This document shows positions 24,778-32,000 of a stretch of 32,000 nt of DNA, piece after piece. Both the position numbers and the translations under genes were made by a program. Within the stretch, counting starts at the first letter, position 1; each line of letters begins with the position of its first letter. The stretch is from Ruminococcus albus 7 = DSM 20455 (GTDB lineage: Bacteria > Bacillota > Clostridia > Oscillospirales > Ruminococcaceae). The DNA lies in contig NC_014833.1 in NCBI RefSeq assembly GCF_000179635.2, forward strand, positions 2,790,001 to 2,822,000. Reading direction: 5' to 3'. Below the pieces are notes generated by a model. That model did no database searches and was not told the origin of the DNA. It saw nothing but the letters and a program-made list of their open reading frames with translations.

Positions 24778-25540
24778 TCTGCTTCTCCTCCTTCAGCCGT
24801 ACTACCTCACGGCAGGTGTCAACGATCTCGGAAATGCGGTCGATCTGAGTTTTCAGCTCGTCAAGGGGCATTGGTGCTTCTTCCTGTTCGTCCTTGTTGA
24901 CGGTGAACTTCTTAAAATCGCTGATTATGGACGATGTAAAGCCCTTGACTGTCATTATCAGATAGTTTTCAAATTGCAGATATTCGCTTATGGACATATA
25001 GCACATTGTCTTTCCTGCCTTTTTGAGAGCAATTACATATCCCTCGGAGAATAACTGCAACAACTCAGGCGGCATATCATACACAGGCTGTCCCTCGTCC
25101 GTCTGAGAAAGAATGAAGTAATCGCTCCACACATCACGAGAAGCCTTGATCTCCAGTGTGTAACCGAGGTTAGCAAGCACCGTTGACAGCACGTTCTGAT
25201 TACGCTTGCCAACAAATGTGGCGGTATCGAGCAGCACCGCCTGCGATTTCAGGCTATCAAAGCTGTCCCCCATAAGGTGATTGAACTTCTGTAATGCTTC
25301 ATAATAATCATCGTCATAACTGTCCGCATAGACAACTATATCCTCGACAGGCACATCATAGAACTCAGCAAGCATATTGATATAGCTGTTTGTGATAGTA
25401 GCCTTGCCGTGTTCGATACCGTTGTAATGTGTACGTGAAGCACCGAGAGCTTCTGCAAGCTGATTCTGCGACAAACCACGCTCGGTACGCAGAGCAACTA
25501 TCTTTTCTCTTGTTTTCTCCTGATCTATTGCTGTCTTCAT
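24764..25540 (-). CDS. XRE-family HTH regulator with a ~180-aa C-terminal domain of unknown function
   Basis: HTH LRTERGLSQNQLAEALGASRTHYNGIEHG. Its stop overlaps the integrase start by 14 nt. Start set at ATG 25540 after GGAGGG (ORF-track start 25552). Confidence 0.8.
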   Translation of the reverse strand: MKTAIDQEKTREKIVALRTERGLSQNQLAEALGASRTHYNGIEHGKATITNSYINMLAEFYDVPVEDIVVYADSYDDDYYEALQKFNHLMGDSFDSLKSQAVLLDTATFVGKRNQNVLSTVLANLGYTLEIKASRDVWSDYFILSQTDEGQPVYDMPPELLQLFSEGYVIALKKAGKTMCYMSISEYLQFENYLIMTVKGFTSSIISDFKKFTVNKDEQEEAPMPLDELKTQIDRISEIVDTCREVVRLKEEKQNEVS

Positions 25541-25552
25541 TTTGCCCTCCAC

Positions 25553-25711
25553 TATTTATGAATAAATTGTTAATGTACTATTTTTATCAAGACAATTGAA
25601 ATGTCTGGAAGTGTATGGTACAATTATATCAGAATCGCAGAGAGATGTCAAGAGGCACCCTGAGATTTTTTCACACGATTAGAGATAGATATATAATCGG
25701 AAGGAGACCAA
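25553..25711. promoter_or_regulatory. Divergent control region of the island
   Basis: Rightward TTGAAA (25596-25601), 17-nt spacer, TACAAT (25619-25624), plus a second TTCACA-16-TATAAT nearer the ORF. AATTGT/ACAATT inverted repeats are possible operators. Confidence 0.45.
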
Positions 25712-25966
25712 ATGAATAATACTTCTAATTCTCTGCCGGCTTTTACAGGCAGAAACGTACCGATCAAGGAGATCGCACAGGCAACAGGCAAAGACCCGCA
25801 GTACATCAGAATCGGCTTACAGAAAGGCATATTCCGTTTCGGATATGCTTTCAAAAAAGAAGGTTCAAGTGAATACAACTATCTTTGCCCTGACAAGAAA
25901 GTATGGGAGGACTTAGGCTATTTCAGAGCAGAAACGGAGGTCAGCGATGCAGGAAATGATGAATGA
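25712..25966 (+). CDS. Small DNA-binding protein, Cro/excisionase-like (putative)
   Basis: 84 aa. VPIKEIAQATGKDPQYIRIGLQKG looks like a helix-turn-helix. GGAAGGAG RBS. Divergent from the XRE gene and overlaps the primase ORF start. Confidence 0.5.
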   Translation: MNNTSNSLPAFTGRNVPIKEIAQATGKDPQYIRIGLQKGIFRFGYAFKKEGSSEYNYLCPDKKVWEDLGYFRAETEVSDAGNDE

Positions 25967-27623
25967 TGCTGCGGAGCTGATTACGGTGGCGAACAACGGG
26001 GATGATCTCCCCGTTGTACCTGATGAGGAGGTACAGTCCGAAGAACAGGAGAAGTCTGAGCTTGATAAGCTGAAAGAAGAACTGTCAGCGGTAACGTATG
26101 ACGATATACTTAACAGCACTGCGCCCTATGAAAAGATACTTACCTTGCCTAATGAGTTTGCAATATCGCAGTATATCACGGCATTCAGACAAGTAGCCAA
26201 GAAATTCAAGCTGACGGCGGACTTTGACAGCCTTGTTGCTCCGTATAAGGACAAGGCTCTGCGTCAGCTCAAAGAGGCAGAGCATCAGGAAAAGAAAGAG
26301 GATAAAAGCAAATATCCAAAGTGGTGGGACGGAACACAGGTCAATGAGGATGTATTCTGCACCGAACTTCTCACACAGCACACACTGTACTGCATCAATG
26401 GGCTGTTCTATGATATTGACGGCGAGTTCCTTATCTCGGAGCTGAGCAAGGTCATATACGAGCGTATCAAGCCTTATGTAGTGAAGAATGTCGCAGACCG
26501 TACCAAACGTCTGGTGGAAGCCATGAAGATAAAGTGCTACCGTCCTGCACCTGAGCCTAACGAACACACTATACATCTGAAAAACGGCACACTTCATCTG
26601 GCACAGGGACACTTTGTATTCTCTCAGGGAAAGCAGTTTACAATGAACCGCCTGGGCATTGAATACCGTTCCGATGCACCGAAGCCTGAACGCTGGCTCA
26701 AGTTTGTGCAGGAGCTATTGAACGAACAGGACGTTATGACCTTGCAGGAGTATATGGGGTATCTGCTGATACCGTCCACAAGAGCACAGAAAATGCTGAT
26801 GATCTCAGGCAACGGCGGCGAAGGAAAGTCCCGTGTCGGCAAGGTGCTTTTCGAGATCATGGGATATAAGAATTCCGTAAGCGGAAGTGTATCAGGTCTG
26901 GACAACGGAGCTGCTGCCCGATTCAATAAGGTCAAGCTCCTCGGAAAGCTCTGCATGATAGATGATGATATGGATATGTCTGCACTTGAAAAGACAGAGT
27001 TCCTCAAACAGCTTATCACAGCGGAGATACCTATGGAGATCGAGCCGAAAGGCAGTCCTTCTTTTCAGGCGTTATTGTACACAAGAGTAATCGCATTCGG
27101 CAACAATCCGATCTCTGCACTTTATGATCGCAGTGAAGGCTTCTTCCGCAGGCAGATGATACTTGTTGCAAAGCCCGTTCCGAAAGACCGTACAGCAGAC
27201 AAACATCTGACCGAAAAACTGCTTGCAGAAAAAGAAGGAATATTCCGTTGGTGCCTTGAAGGATTGGAACGACTTATCGCCAATGATTTTGAGTTTACGA
27301 TCAGCGATCAGGCGAAAGAAAACCTCAAACGCAGCGAGCGTGAATGCAACAATATCATTCCATTTATGGAGAGCGAGCATGACTTCAAGTTTGACGCTTC
27401 GGGGCAGATACATTCTCAGGAATTATACTGGGCATATCAGAGTTGGTGCAGGCTCAACAGCCTTGATGAATTATCAAGAAGAACCTTCTCCGGCTATCTG
27501 AAATCTCATGCAGATGATTACGGTATTACCTATTCCGAAAATGCTGTCAACGAACAAGGCAGGAGAGCCAGAGGATTCCTTGGAATGAGATACACTTATC
27601 GTCCCCCGACGATCATGTACTGA
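25947..27623 (+). CDS. P4/D5-family primase-helicase (phage/plasmid primase C-terminal NTPase)
   Basis: WLKFVQELL...LQEYMGYLLIP...MLMISGNGGEGKSRVGKV (Walker A) and CMIDDDMDM (Walker B). This is the layout typical of P4-type replicases on islands and satellites. Confidence 0.8.
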   Translation: MQEMMNDAAELITVANNGDDLPVVPDEEVQSEEQEKSELDKLKEELSAVTYDDILNSTAPYEKILTLPNEFAISQYITAFRQVAKKFKLTADFDSLVAPYKDKALRQLKEAEHQEKKEDKSKYPKWWDGTQVNEDVFCTELLTQHTLYCINGLFYDIDGEFLISELSKVIYERIKPYVVKNVADRTKRLVEAMKIKCYRPAPEPNEHTIHLKNGTLHLAQGHFVFSQGKQFTMNRLGIEYRSDAPKPERWLKFVQELLNEQDVMTLQEYMGYLLIPSTRAQKMLMISGNGGEGKSRVGKVLFEIMGYKNSVSGSVSGLDNGAAARFNKVKLLGKLCMIDDDMDMSALEKTEFLKQLITAEIPMEIEPKGSPSFQALLYTRVIAFGNNPISALYDRSEGFFRRQMILVAKPVPKDRTADKHLTEKLLAEKEGIFRWCLEGLERLIANDFEFTISDQAKENLKRSERECNNIIPFMESEHDFKFDASGQIHSQELYWAYQSWCRLNSLDELSRRTFSGYLKSHADDYGITYSENAVNEQGRRARGFLGMRYTYRPPTIMY

Positions 27624-27632
27624 GCAACAATT

Positions 27633-27809
27633 TTACACGGTTCGATACACACTTTTATACACACCTGAAAAGAAAGAATATCGAGGCTTACACACATACA
27701 CAGATATTCTGTTTCTTTGATACGGGAAAGCCACAGAAATATTTTTTCTTTTTTGATGATAAAACTTCGGTCAGTTCTGCCGTTGCGTGTGAAGTGTGTA
27801 ATCGTGTAA
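27633..27809. repeat. Iteron-like (A)TACACAC repeats flanking an AT-rich core; candidate replication origin
   Basis: Forward copies at 27645-27652, 27657-27664 and 27689-27703. Inverted copies lie within 27786-27809 (GCGTGTGAAGTGTGTAATCGTGTAA). AT-rich tract at 27741-27765. It lies immediately 3' of the replicase gene. Confidence 0.45.
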
Positions 27810-27934
27810 ATTGAATAGCTGTCAGAAAAGAAAAATGACAAGTTTGACAGGCACAGAAATGCCCGGAATTCTCTTTTGAAAAAGAGAAAAATGAAGCCAC
27901 GTCCACAGGTGCGTATGGAAGAGTAGCAAGCACG

Positions 27935-27972
27935 GTATTGTGTGGGTACAAAAACTGAAAACCACACAATAC
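27935..27972. repeat. Perfect 11-bp inverted repeat upstream of mobC (candidate oriT or operator)
   Basis: GTATTGTGTGG (27935-27945) / CCACACAATAC (27962-27972) with a 16-nt spacer. Confidence 0.4.
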
Positions 27973-28034
27973 AAAGCTTGTGAGAGGGACACCCCTCAGA
28001 CCCCGATTTTTAGTATACGAAAGAGAGGATTTCT

Positions 28035-28397
28035 ATGAGAAAAAGTGAGAAGAAAAAGCAGGTAATAAAGCGTGACCGCTACCTGAAAATACGAGTAACC
28101 GAAGAGGAGCTTGAAGCATTCAAACGTAAGTTTAAAAACAGTGGAATGCGAACATTTTCCGGCTTCGTCAGAGCAATGATATTTGAAGGCTATATCGTTC
28201 ATTTCAATGAAGAGGAACTACGTGAAATATACCACCTGGTAGCTAACATTTCCAACAACATCAGTCAGATCATTCTTCACGTCAGCCGAGACGATGATTC
28301 TTTCGACAGCGACATTGCTGAAATCAAAGAGAAGATGGCGCAGATATGGCAGCCGCTGAACTTTTTTACGTGTAAAGTTTTGCAGCTGAGACACTGA
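28035..28397 (+). CDS. mobC: MobC-family relaxosome accessory protein
   Basis: RDRYLKIRVTEEELEAFKRK...SGFVRAMI... and VANISNNISQI, matching the MobC pattern (...R.t..E...l...A......iGnNlNQia). Confidence 0.7.
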   Translation: MRKSEKKKQVIKRDRYLKIRVTEEELEAFKRKFKNSGMRTFSGFVRAMIFEGYIVHFNEEELREIYHLVANISNNISQIILHVSRDDDSFDSDIAEIKEKMAQIWQPLNFFTCKVLQLRH

Positions 28398-28542
28398 CAG
28401 AATACAATGCGCATTGCACTGGATTTTATCTTCTTTTTGCTGCGCTCTTCACAAAAATAATTACAATCATTCCGCATAGCTGGACTCTTGAATATCTGTC
28501 CGCTATAATAGATTCACAACAATAATTTATGGAGGCGATTTT

Positions 28543-28755
28543 ATGTTTAGAATACCCGAACTCGCAATGCCGAGAACTCGCACAGTCACTACCATCTGCA
28601 ACGGCAAGAAAGAGATATGGGACGATCGTGAGGAAGCACAGAATTTCTTTCTCAGACAGATGATGACTACCGAGGGTGAGGAACGTGACCGAGCAGAGTG
28701 CGTTTACATTCAGCTCATTCATGGGCTGGAGGAGTGTTCGGACGAGGATGAATAA
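28543..28755 (+). CDS. Hypothetical 70-aa acidic protein
   Basis: GGAGG RBS 7 nt before the ATG, followed by a strong terminator. No family recognised. Confidence 0.5.
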   Translation: MFRIPELAMPRTRTVTTICNGKKEIWDDREEAQNFFLRQMMTTEGEERDRAECVYIQLIHGLEECSDEDE

Positions 28756-28770
28756 GAGAATATAATTATG

Positions 28771-28805
28771 AACTCTCAACTGCTAATAGGTTGAGAGTTT
28801 TTCTA
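28771..28805 (+). terminator. Rho-independent terminator
   Basis: AACTCTCAAC (28771-28780) / GTTGAGAGTT (28790-28799) followed by a T-run. Confidence 0.8.
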
Positions 28806-28880
28806 TAATCAACTTTATCTAATTGACTAAATAGACAAAATGTGATATAATTATAGAAAAAATACTGGAGAGGTGTTACT

Positions 28881-30698
28881 ATGAAAGAAAACAAAGAATT
28901 AAGAATTGTCGATAGTAAAGTTCATTCTCTTTCTGAAATATTTTCAGCAAGCTACACTGTTGACTTCTATCAGCGTGAATACGTATGGCAGAAAAAGCAG
29001 ATAGAAGACCTTATTTCAGATCTGACAATCGAATTTCTCAAGAACTGGAAACCTGAGCACGATACAACTGTTACCGGAGAATACGATCCTTACTACATGG
29101 GCGAAGTTGTCCTTTCTGTAAAACCCGGTAATGTTAATTCGGTAATTGATGGTCAGCAGAGAATAACGACTTTTACCCTGCTATTGATGTACATTATTAA
29201 AAGATTTGAGAATACTCCTGATTTTCCTAAAAGTGATATGGAGAGACTGGTTTATAAAAATGAGCGTGGAGCTTGGAAGTTTACTCTTGGAATAGACGAA
29301 CGAAATAAATGTATGAAAGCTCTCTACGAAAAAGGCAGTTATTCACCTCCAGATGGTGAGAATATGTCTGTATCCATAAAAAACTTAGTCGATAGATATA
29401 ATGATATCGGAGAATGCTGGGATGATAGAATAAACGAATCCAACATTAATTGCTTTGTATATTGGCTTATGGGAAATGTAATGTTTTCAAAAGTCTGGAC
29501 TAATAGCGATGAGTTTGCCTATGTGATATTTGAAACTATGAATGACCGTGGCTTATCGCTTACTCAGATAGAAATGCTCCGCAGTTATCTGCTTGCCAAT
29601 ATAAATGATGAAAATCGCCAGGACTCTATGGAATTGTACGATCAGGTCATATCAGAACTGGCAACTGTAAAGCTAAGTTCAAAATCAAAAGCTGAGTTTG
29701 AGTTTTTCAAGATTTTTTTCAGAGGACATTATGCAGATAACCTTTCTCAAAGCGCTGATTCAAATTCCGATTTCATCGTGATCGGTCAACAATTTCATCG
29801 TTGGGTTAGAGATAAAAGCAAAGACCTCGGTTTAAATACATCAGGGGATTATGTGGACTTTATTAACAAGATAGCATTTTTCGCCCGAAAGTATATCTAC
29901 ATTATGAAGAAAATAGAGAACAGAAAAGACAGCGTTACAGACTATCTTTATCTGATAGTAAATAGCGATTATGGCTTTACTCTTCAGTCTGCTCTTCTGT
30001 TGTCAGCTATTTCATATAATGATACTGATGCTATTGTAGATGAGAAAATCAAGATTGTATCAAAATATCTGACGAAAGTGCTCTCGTGGCGTGTATGGAG
30101 ACACACAAGTATAGCTCAGAGTTCTATGGAGGATAAGATTTACAAACTTTGCAAACAGCTCCGAGGAAAGAATATCGATGAAATTAAAGAAATTCTTGCA
30201 ACTGAACCTATCGAAATCCCCGAACTTAGTACTCCGCCAACTCTTAACATGATGAATAAACCTAAGATCAGAGTGCTGTTATCGCTTATTACAGAAATAG
30301 TAGCAAGAGAATCAAATGAGTCTGATTATATGCTGAACAAGGAGAATATCGAGGTTGAGCATATATGGGCAGACCATTATGAATGGTTCAGTGAAATATT
30401 CCCTAATGAGGCTGACTTTAATACATATAGAAATAATATCGGTGGTCTGCTTGTACTACCAAAAAGCTTCAACGCTTCGTATGGCGATATGAAATACAAA
30501 GATAAGGTAGAGTTGTATTTCAGCCAAAACATTCTTGCTCAGTCATTGTGTGAAAAGAAATATACTAACAGCCCTGGTTTCAAGAACTTCATAGAGAAAA
30601 GTAACCTTGATATACACTCGTATGACGATTACACTCGTGATTCTATTACAGAACGAGCAGAATTATATAGGCAGATATTACTGTGGAATTGGAAATAA
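28881..30698 (+). CDS. DUF262/DUF1524 two-domain nuclease, GmrSD-like (type IV restriction family)
   Basis: N-terminus FYQREYVWQKKQIEDL...VIDGQQRITTF (DUF262 DGQQR motif, codons at 29148-29162). C-terminus IEVEHIWADH...NIGGLLVLPKSFNASYGDMKYKDK (His-Me/HNH-like DUF1524). GGAGAGGTG RBS. AT-rich. Confidence 0.75.
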   Translation: MKENKELRIVDSKVHSLSEIFSASYTVDFYQREYVWQKKQIEDLISDLTIEFLKNWKPEHDTTVTGEYDPYYMGEVVLSVKPGNVNSVIDGQQRITTFTLLLMYIIKRFENTPDFPKSDMERLVYKNERGAWKFTLGIDERNKCMKALYEKGSYSPPDGENMSVSIKNLVDRYNDIGECWDDRINESNINCFVYWLMGNVMFSKVWTNSDEFAYVIFETMNDRGLSLTQIEMLRSYLLANINDENRQDSMELYDQVISELATVKLSSKSKAEFEFFKIFFRGHYADNLSQSADSNSDFIVIGQQFHRWVRDKSKDLGLNTSGDYVDFINKIAFFARKYIYIMKKIENRKDSVTDYLYLIVNSDYGFTLQSALLLSAISYNDTDAIVDEKIKIVSKYLTKVLSWRVWRHTSIAQSSMEDKIYKLCKQLRGKNIDEIKEILATEPIEIPELSTPPTLNMMNKPKIRVLLSLITEIVARESNESDYMLNKENIEVEHIWADHYEWFSEIFPNEADFNTYRNNIGGLLVLPKSFNASYGDMKYKDKVELYFSQNILAQSLCEKKYTNSPGFKNFIEKSNLDIHSYDDYTRDSITERAELYRQILLWNWK

Positions 30699-30762
30699 GC
30701 TATAAGTTGTCTGCTTATTCAGCAACAATAAAATAGCCCTGCATTGTCACAAAACAAGCAGG

Positions 30763-30782
30763 GTAACTAACACACAACTAAC
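30763..30782 (+). repeat. Two phased 9-mers, GTAACTAAC and ACAACTAAC (candidate arm sites / attR)
   Basis: Starts at 30763 and 30774 (11-bp phasing). They match the triplet at 22499-22529. Confidence 0.6.
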
Positions 30783-30844
30783 AAAACAGCCTCAAAACAA
30801 CGCAATAGCGTAATTGCACTTTATCTAAGAGATAATCAGACACC

Positions 30845-30871
30845 TCAAAACTTGCGTATTTACGCACTTTG
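30845..30871 (+). repeat. Junction motif, copy 4 (TCAAAACTTGCGTATTTACGCACTTTG)
   Basis: The reverse complement reads AAAGTGCGTAAATACGC, identical to the core of copies 1 and 2. The same-strand 11-mer CGTATTTACGC is shared with 22441-22451. Confidence 0.7.
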
Positions 30872-30875
30872 CGAG

Positions 30876-30916
30876 TGGTCAAATGCTCTTTGGTCAACTA
30901 TTGGTCAAATGGTCAC
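30876..30916 (+). repeat. Four TGGTCA(A/C) boxes next to the second integrase (candidate arm-type sites)
   Basis: Boxes at 30876-30882, 30891-30897, 30902-30908 and 30910-30916. Confidence 0.5.
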
Positions 30917-30945
30917 CTCCCTGTTCGCGCAGGGAGGTTTTTATT
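30916..30945 (+). terminator. Terminator-like hairpin
   Basis: CCTCCCTG (30916-30923) / CAGGGAGG (30930-30937) followed by TTTTT. Confidence 0.6.
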
Positions 30946-30950
30946 TGCCT

Positions 30951-32000
30951 TTACGCAAGGCACAGCTCGATCTGCTCGGCAGTTCGGGCTTTTGTTTTTC
31001 GCAGAACATCGGCATAGATGTCAGCGGTGACGTTCACATCACAGTGACCGAGATGCTCGGACACAACTTTCAGGTCGATACCGCTGTTCAGGAGCATTGT
31101 TGCGTTGCAGTGACGGAGCTGATGCAGTGTCATATCCTCGAATTCCGTTCCTTTGGTGAAGCGTTTGAGGGACTGATATACCGAATTGCGGTCACGGTAG
31201 TTCCCTCTTGCAGACACGAATACCATTTCAGGGTGAGCGAAATCATCACCGAGGGCGAGTTTCAGCTTCTCGATGTAGTCCTTCTGAGCGAGAAGGACTT
31301 TTTTCAGCTCCTGTCCCATACCGATGATGCGGATACTGCTCTCGGTCTTAGGATCGGTCAGTTCGTGCTTTCCGCCTATATCGGTCAGCGTATGGTTTAT
31401 GGAGATAGTGTTGTTCTCGAAGTCAATGTCCTCCCACGCAAGTCCGAGACACTCACCCGAACGCATACCCGTGTACAGCAGCACCTTTATGATACGCTTG
31501 AAATCCTCGTCCCACGGCTTGCTTTCAAGGTAAGCCATGAACCTTTTGAGCTTGTCCTCCTCCAAAGCCTTATTCTTGCGGCTTTTCTTCCGCTTTGGCA
31601 GTACCACGTTACGGCAGGGAGTATCACGGATAAAGCCCTGCTCTGCTCCTCTGCGGAAGATGCTCTGTACAATGACGTACAGCTTCTTGACAGTCGCAGG
31701 GTTCAGGTCATAGGACTGCATTATCTGCGTCAGCCTGGGAGCGTTGATGTCCTTGACTTTTATGTTACCGAGAACAGGCTCGATGTGGTTTTTGTACTGC
31801 CCCCAATAGGTGTAGACGGTACTCTCTTTCAGCTCCTGGGGAGCGTAGTTTGTGAAATACCAGTCGGCAAGCTCGGAAAAACGCATATTCTCGTTGAGCA
31901 GAGAATAACCCTTGCAGTGTCTCTCGAACTCAAAAGCGTACTCCTGAGCCAGCTTCTCGGCTTTCTTTTCAGTCACCCCGACAGGCGGAGTGAAAGTGGT
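30951..32000 (-). CDS. int: Tyrosine site-specific integrase of a second element (5' end outside the window)
   Basis: R (TGMRSGECLGL), HxxR (HQLRHCNATML) and H...Y (LGHCDVNVTADIYADV). The ORF-track start at 31976 is a GTG, and the frame stays open to position 32000, so the N-terminus is probably truncated by the window. Confidence 0.85.
   Translation of the reverse strand, partial: TTFTPPVGVTEKKAEKLAQEYAFEFERHCKGYSLLNENMRFSELADWYFTNYAPQELKESTVYTYWGQYKNHIEPVLGNIKVKDINAPRLTQIMQSYDLNPATVKKLYVIVQSIFRRGAEQGFIRDTPCRNVVLPKRKKSRKNKALEEDKLKRFMAYLESKPWDEDFKRIIKVLLYTGMRSGECLGLAWEDIDFENNTISINHTLTDIGGKHELTDPKTESSIRIIGMGQELKKVLLAQKDYIEKLKLALGDDFAHPEMVFVSARGNYRDRNSVYQSLKRFTKGTEFEDMTLHQLRHCNATMLLNSGIDLKVVSEHLGHCDVNVTADIYADVLRKTKARTAEQIELCLA

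Larger units (their letters stand above)
22432..30871. mobile_element. ~8.4-kb integrative element (IME / satellite-like island) inserted downstream of rpsI
   Basis: Contains the integrase, XRE, Cro/Xis-like ORF, P4-type replicase, iterons and MobC. Matching repeats lie at both ends (CGTATTTACGC core and GTAACTAAC arrays). Cargo genes have atypical composition. Exact ends are unverified. Confidence 0.65.

Noticed and set aside
27596-27969. 123-aa and 93-aa minus-strand ORFs in the gap after the primase gene
   Set aside because: They have no RBS and their sequence is Phe/Cys/Ser-rich. The region is better explained by repeats, hairpins and an AT-rich tract (candidate ori/oriT).
28407-28418. 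12-bp perfect palindrome CAATGCGCATTG just after mobC
   Set aside because: It is too short to be a terminator (no usable loop, no T-run), and there is no supporting evidence for a nic site.
30876-30916. GGTCAAA repeats resembling the CtsR operator heptad
   Set aside because: The spacings (15, 11 and 8 nt) do not match the GGTCAAA-N3-GGTCAAA operator. The context is an integrase-proximal element end, not a clp/heat-shock promoter.
1-32000. CRISPR arrays, tRNA or rRNA genes, and retron- or DGR-like repeats
   Set aside because: I found no regularly spaced 25-40-nt direct repeats and no cloverleaf-compatible or rRNA-like segments by eye. The only tandem or phased repeats are the short 6-9-mers reported above.

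Overview
Chromosomal window from a Firmicutes/Clostridia genome, probably Ruminococcus-like (Oscillospiraceae). The taxon guess rests on a dockerin-bearing secreted protein, a SpoIIM-like gene, and lon-engB, rpsF-ssb-rpsR and rplM-rpsI synteny. Roughly 1.7-22.4 kb is ordinary core: engB, cdd, lon, rpsR-ssb-rpsF, a Zn-ribbon/DUF2628-like membrane protein, an LCP-family protein, a GT2 glycosyltransferase, a PASTA-domain Ser/Thr-kinase homolog with its catalytic residues substituted, pfkA, prfB (one ORF, no frameshift), a DUF624 membrane protein, a SpoIIM-like protein, proC, a sensor-less hybrid histidine kinase, a dockerin protein and rplM-rpsI. There are three visibly AT-richer accessory segments. 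(A) 49-1680 is a 1.6-kb unit with a small serine recombinase and an unknown 141-aa ORF, bracketed by 28-bp direct repeats. (B) ~22.43-30.87 kb, just downstream of rpsI, is an ~8.4-kb integrative element. It carries a tyrosine integrase, an XRE repressor with a large C-terminal domain, a Cro/Xis-like ORF, a P4/D5-type primase-helicase, an iteron-like candidate origin and an orphan MobC. Two very AT-rich cargo genes sit at its two ends: a 347-aa PIN-like protein with a large helical insert, and a DUF262/DUF1524 GmrSD-like nuclease. (C) From ~30.87 kb a second element with its own tyrosine integrase starts in tandem and runs off the window. A palindromic motif (AAAA-NN-GCGTA-WW-TACGC-NN-TTTT) marks all these junctions. 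The best candidate for something undescribed is the island B cargo, chiefly the split-PIN 347-aa orphan, alone or paired with the GmrSD-like gene. This is inferred from motifs read by eye, not from any search. I saw no rRNA, tRNA or CRISPR array.
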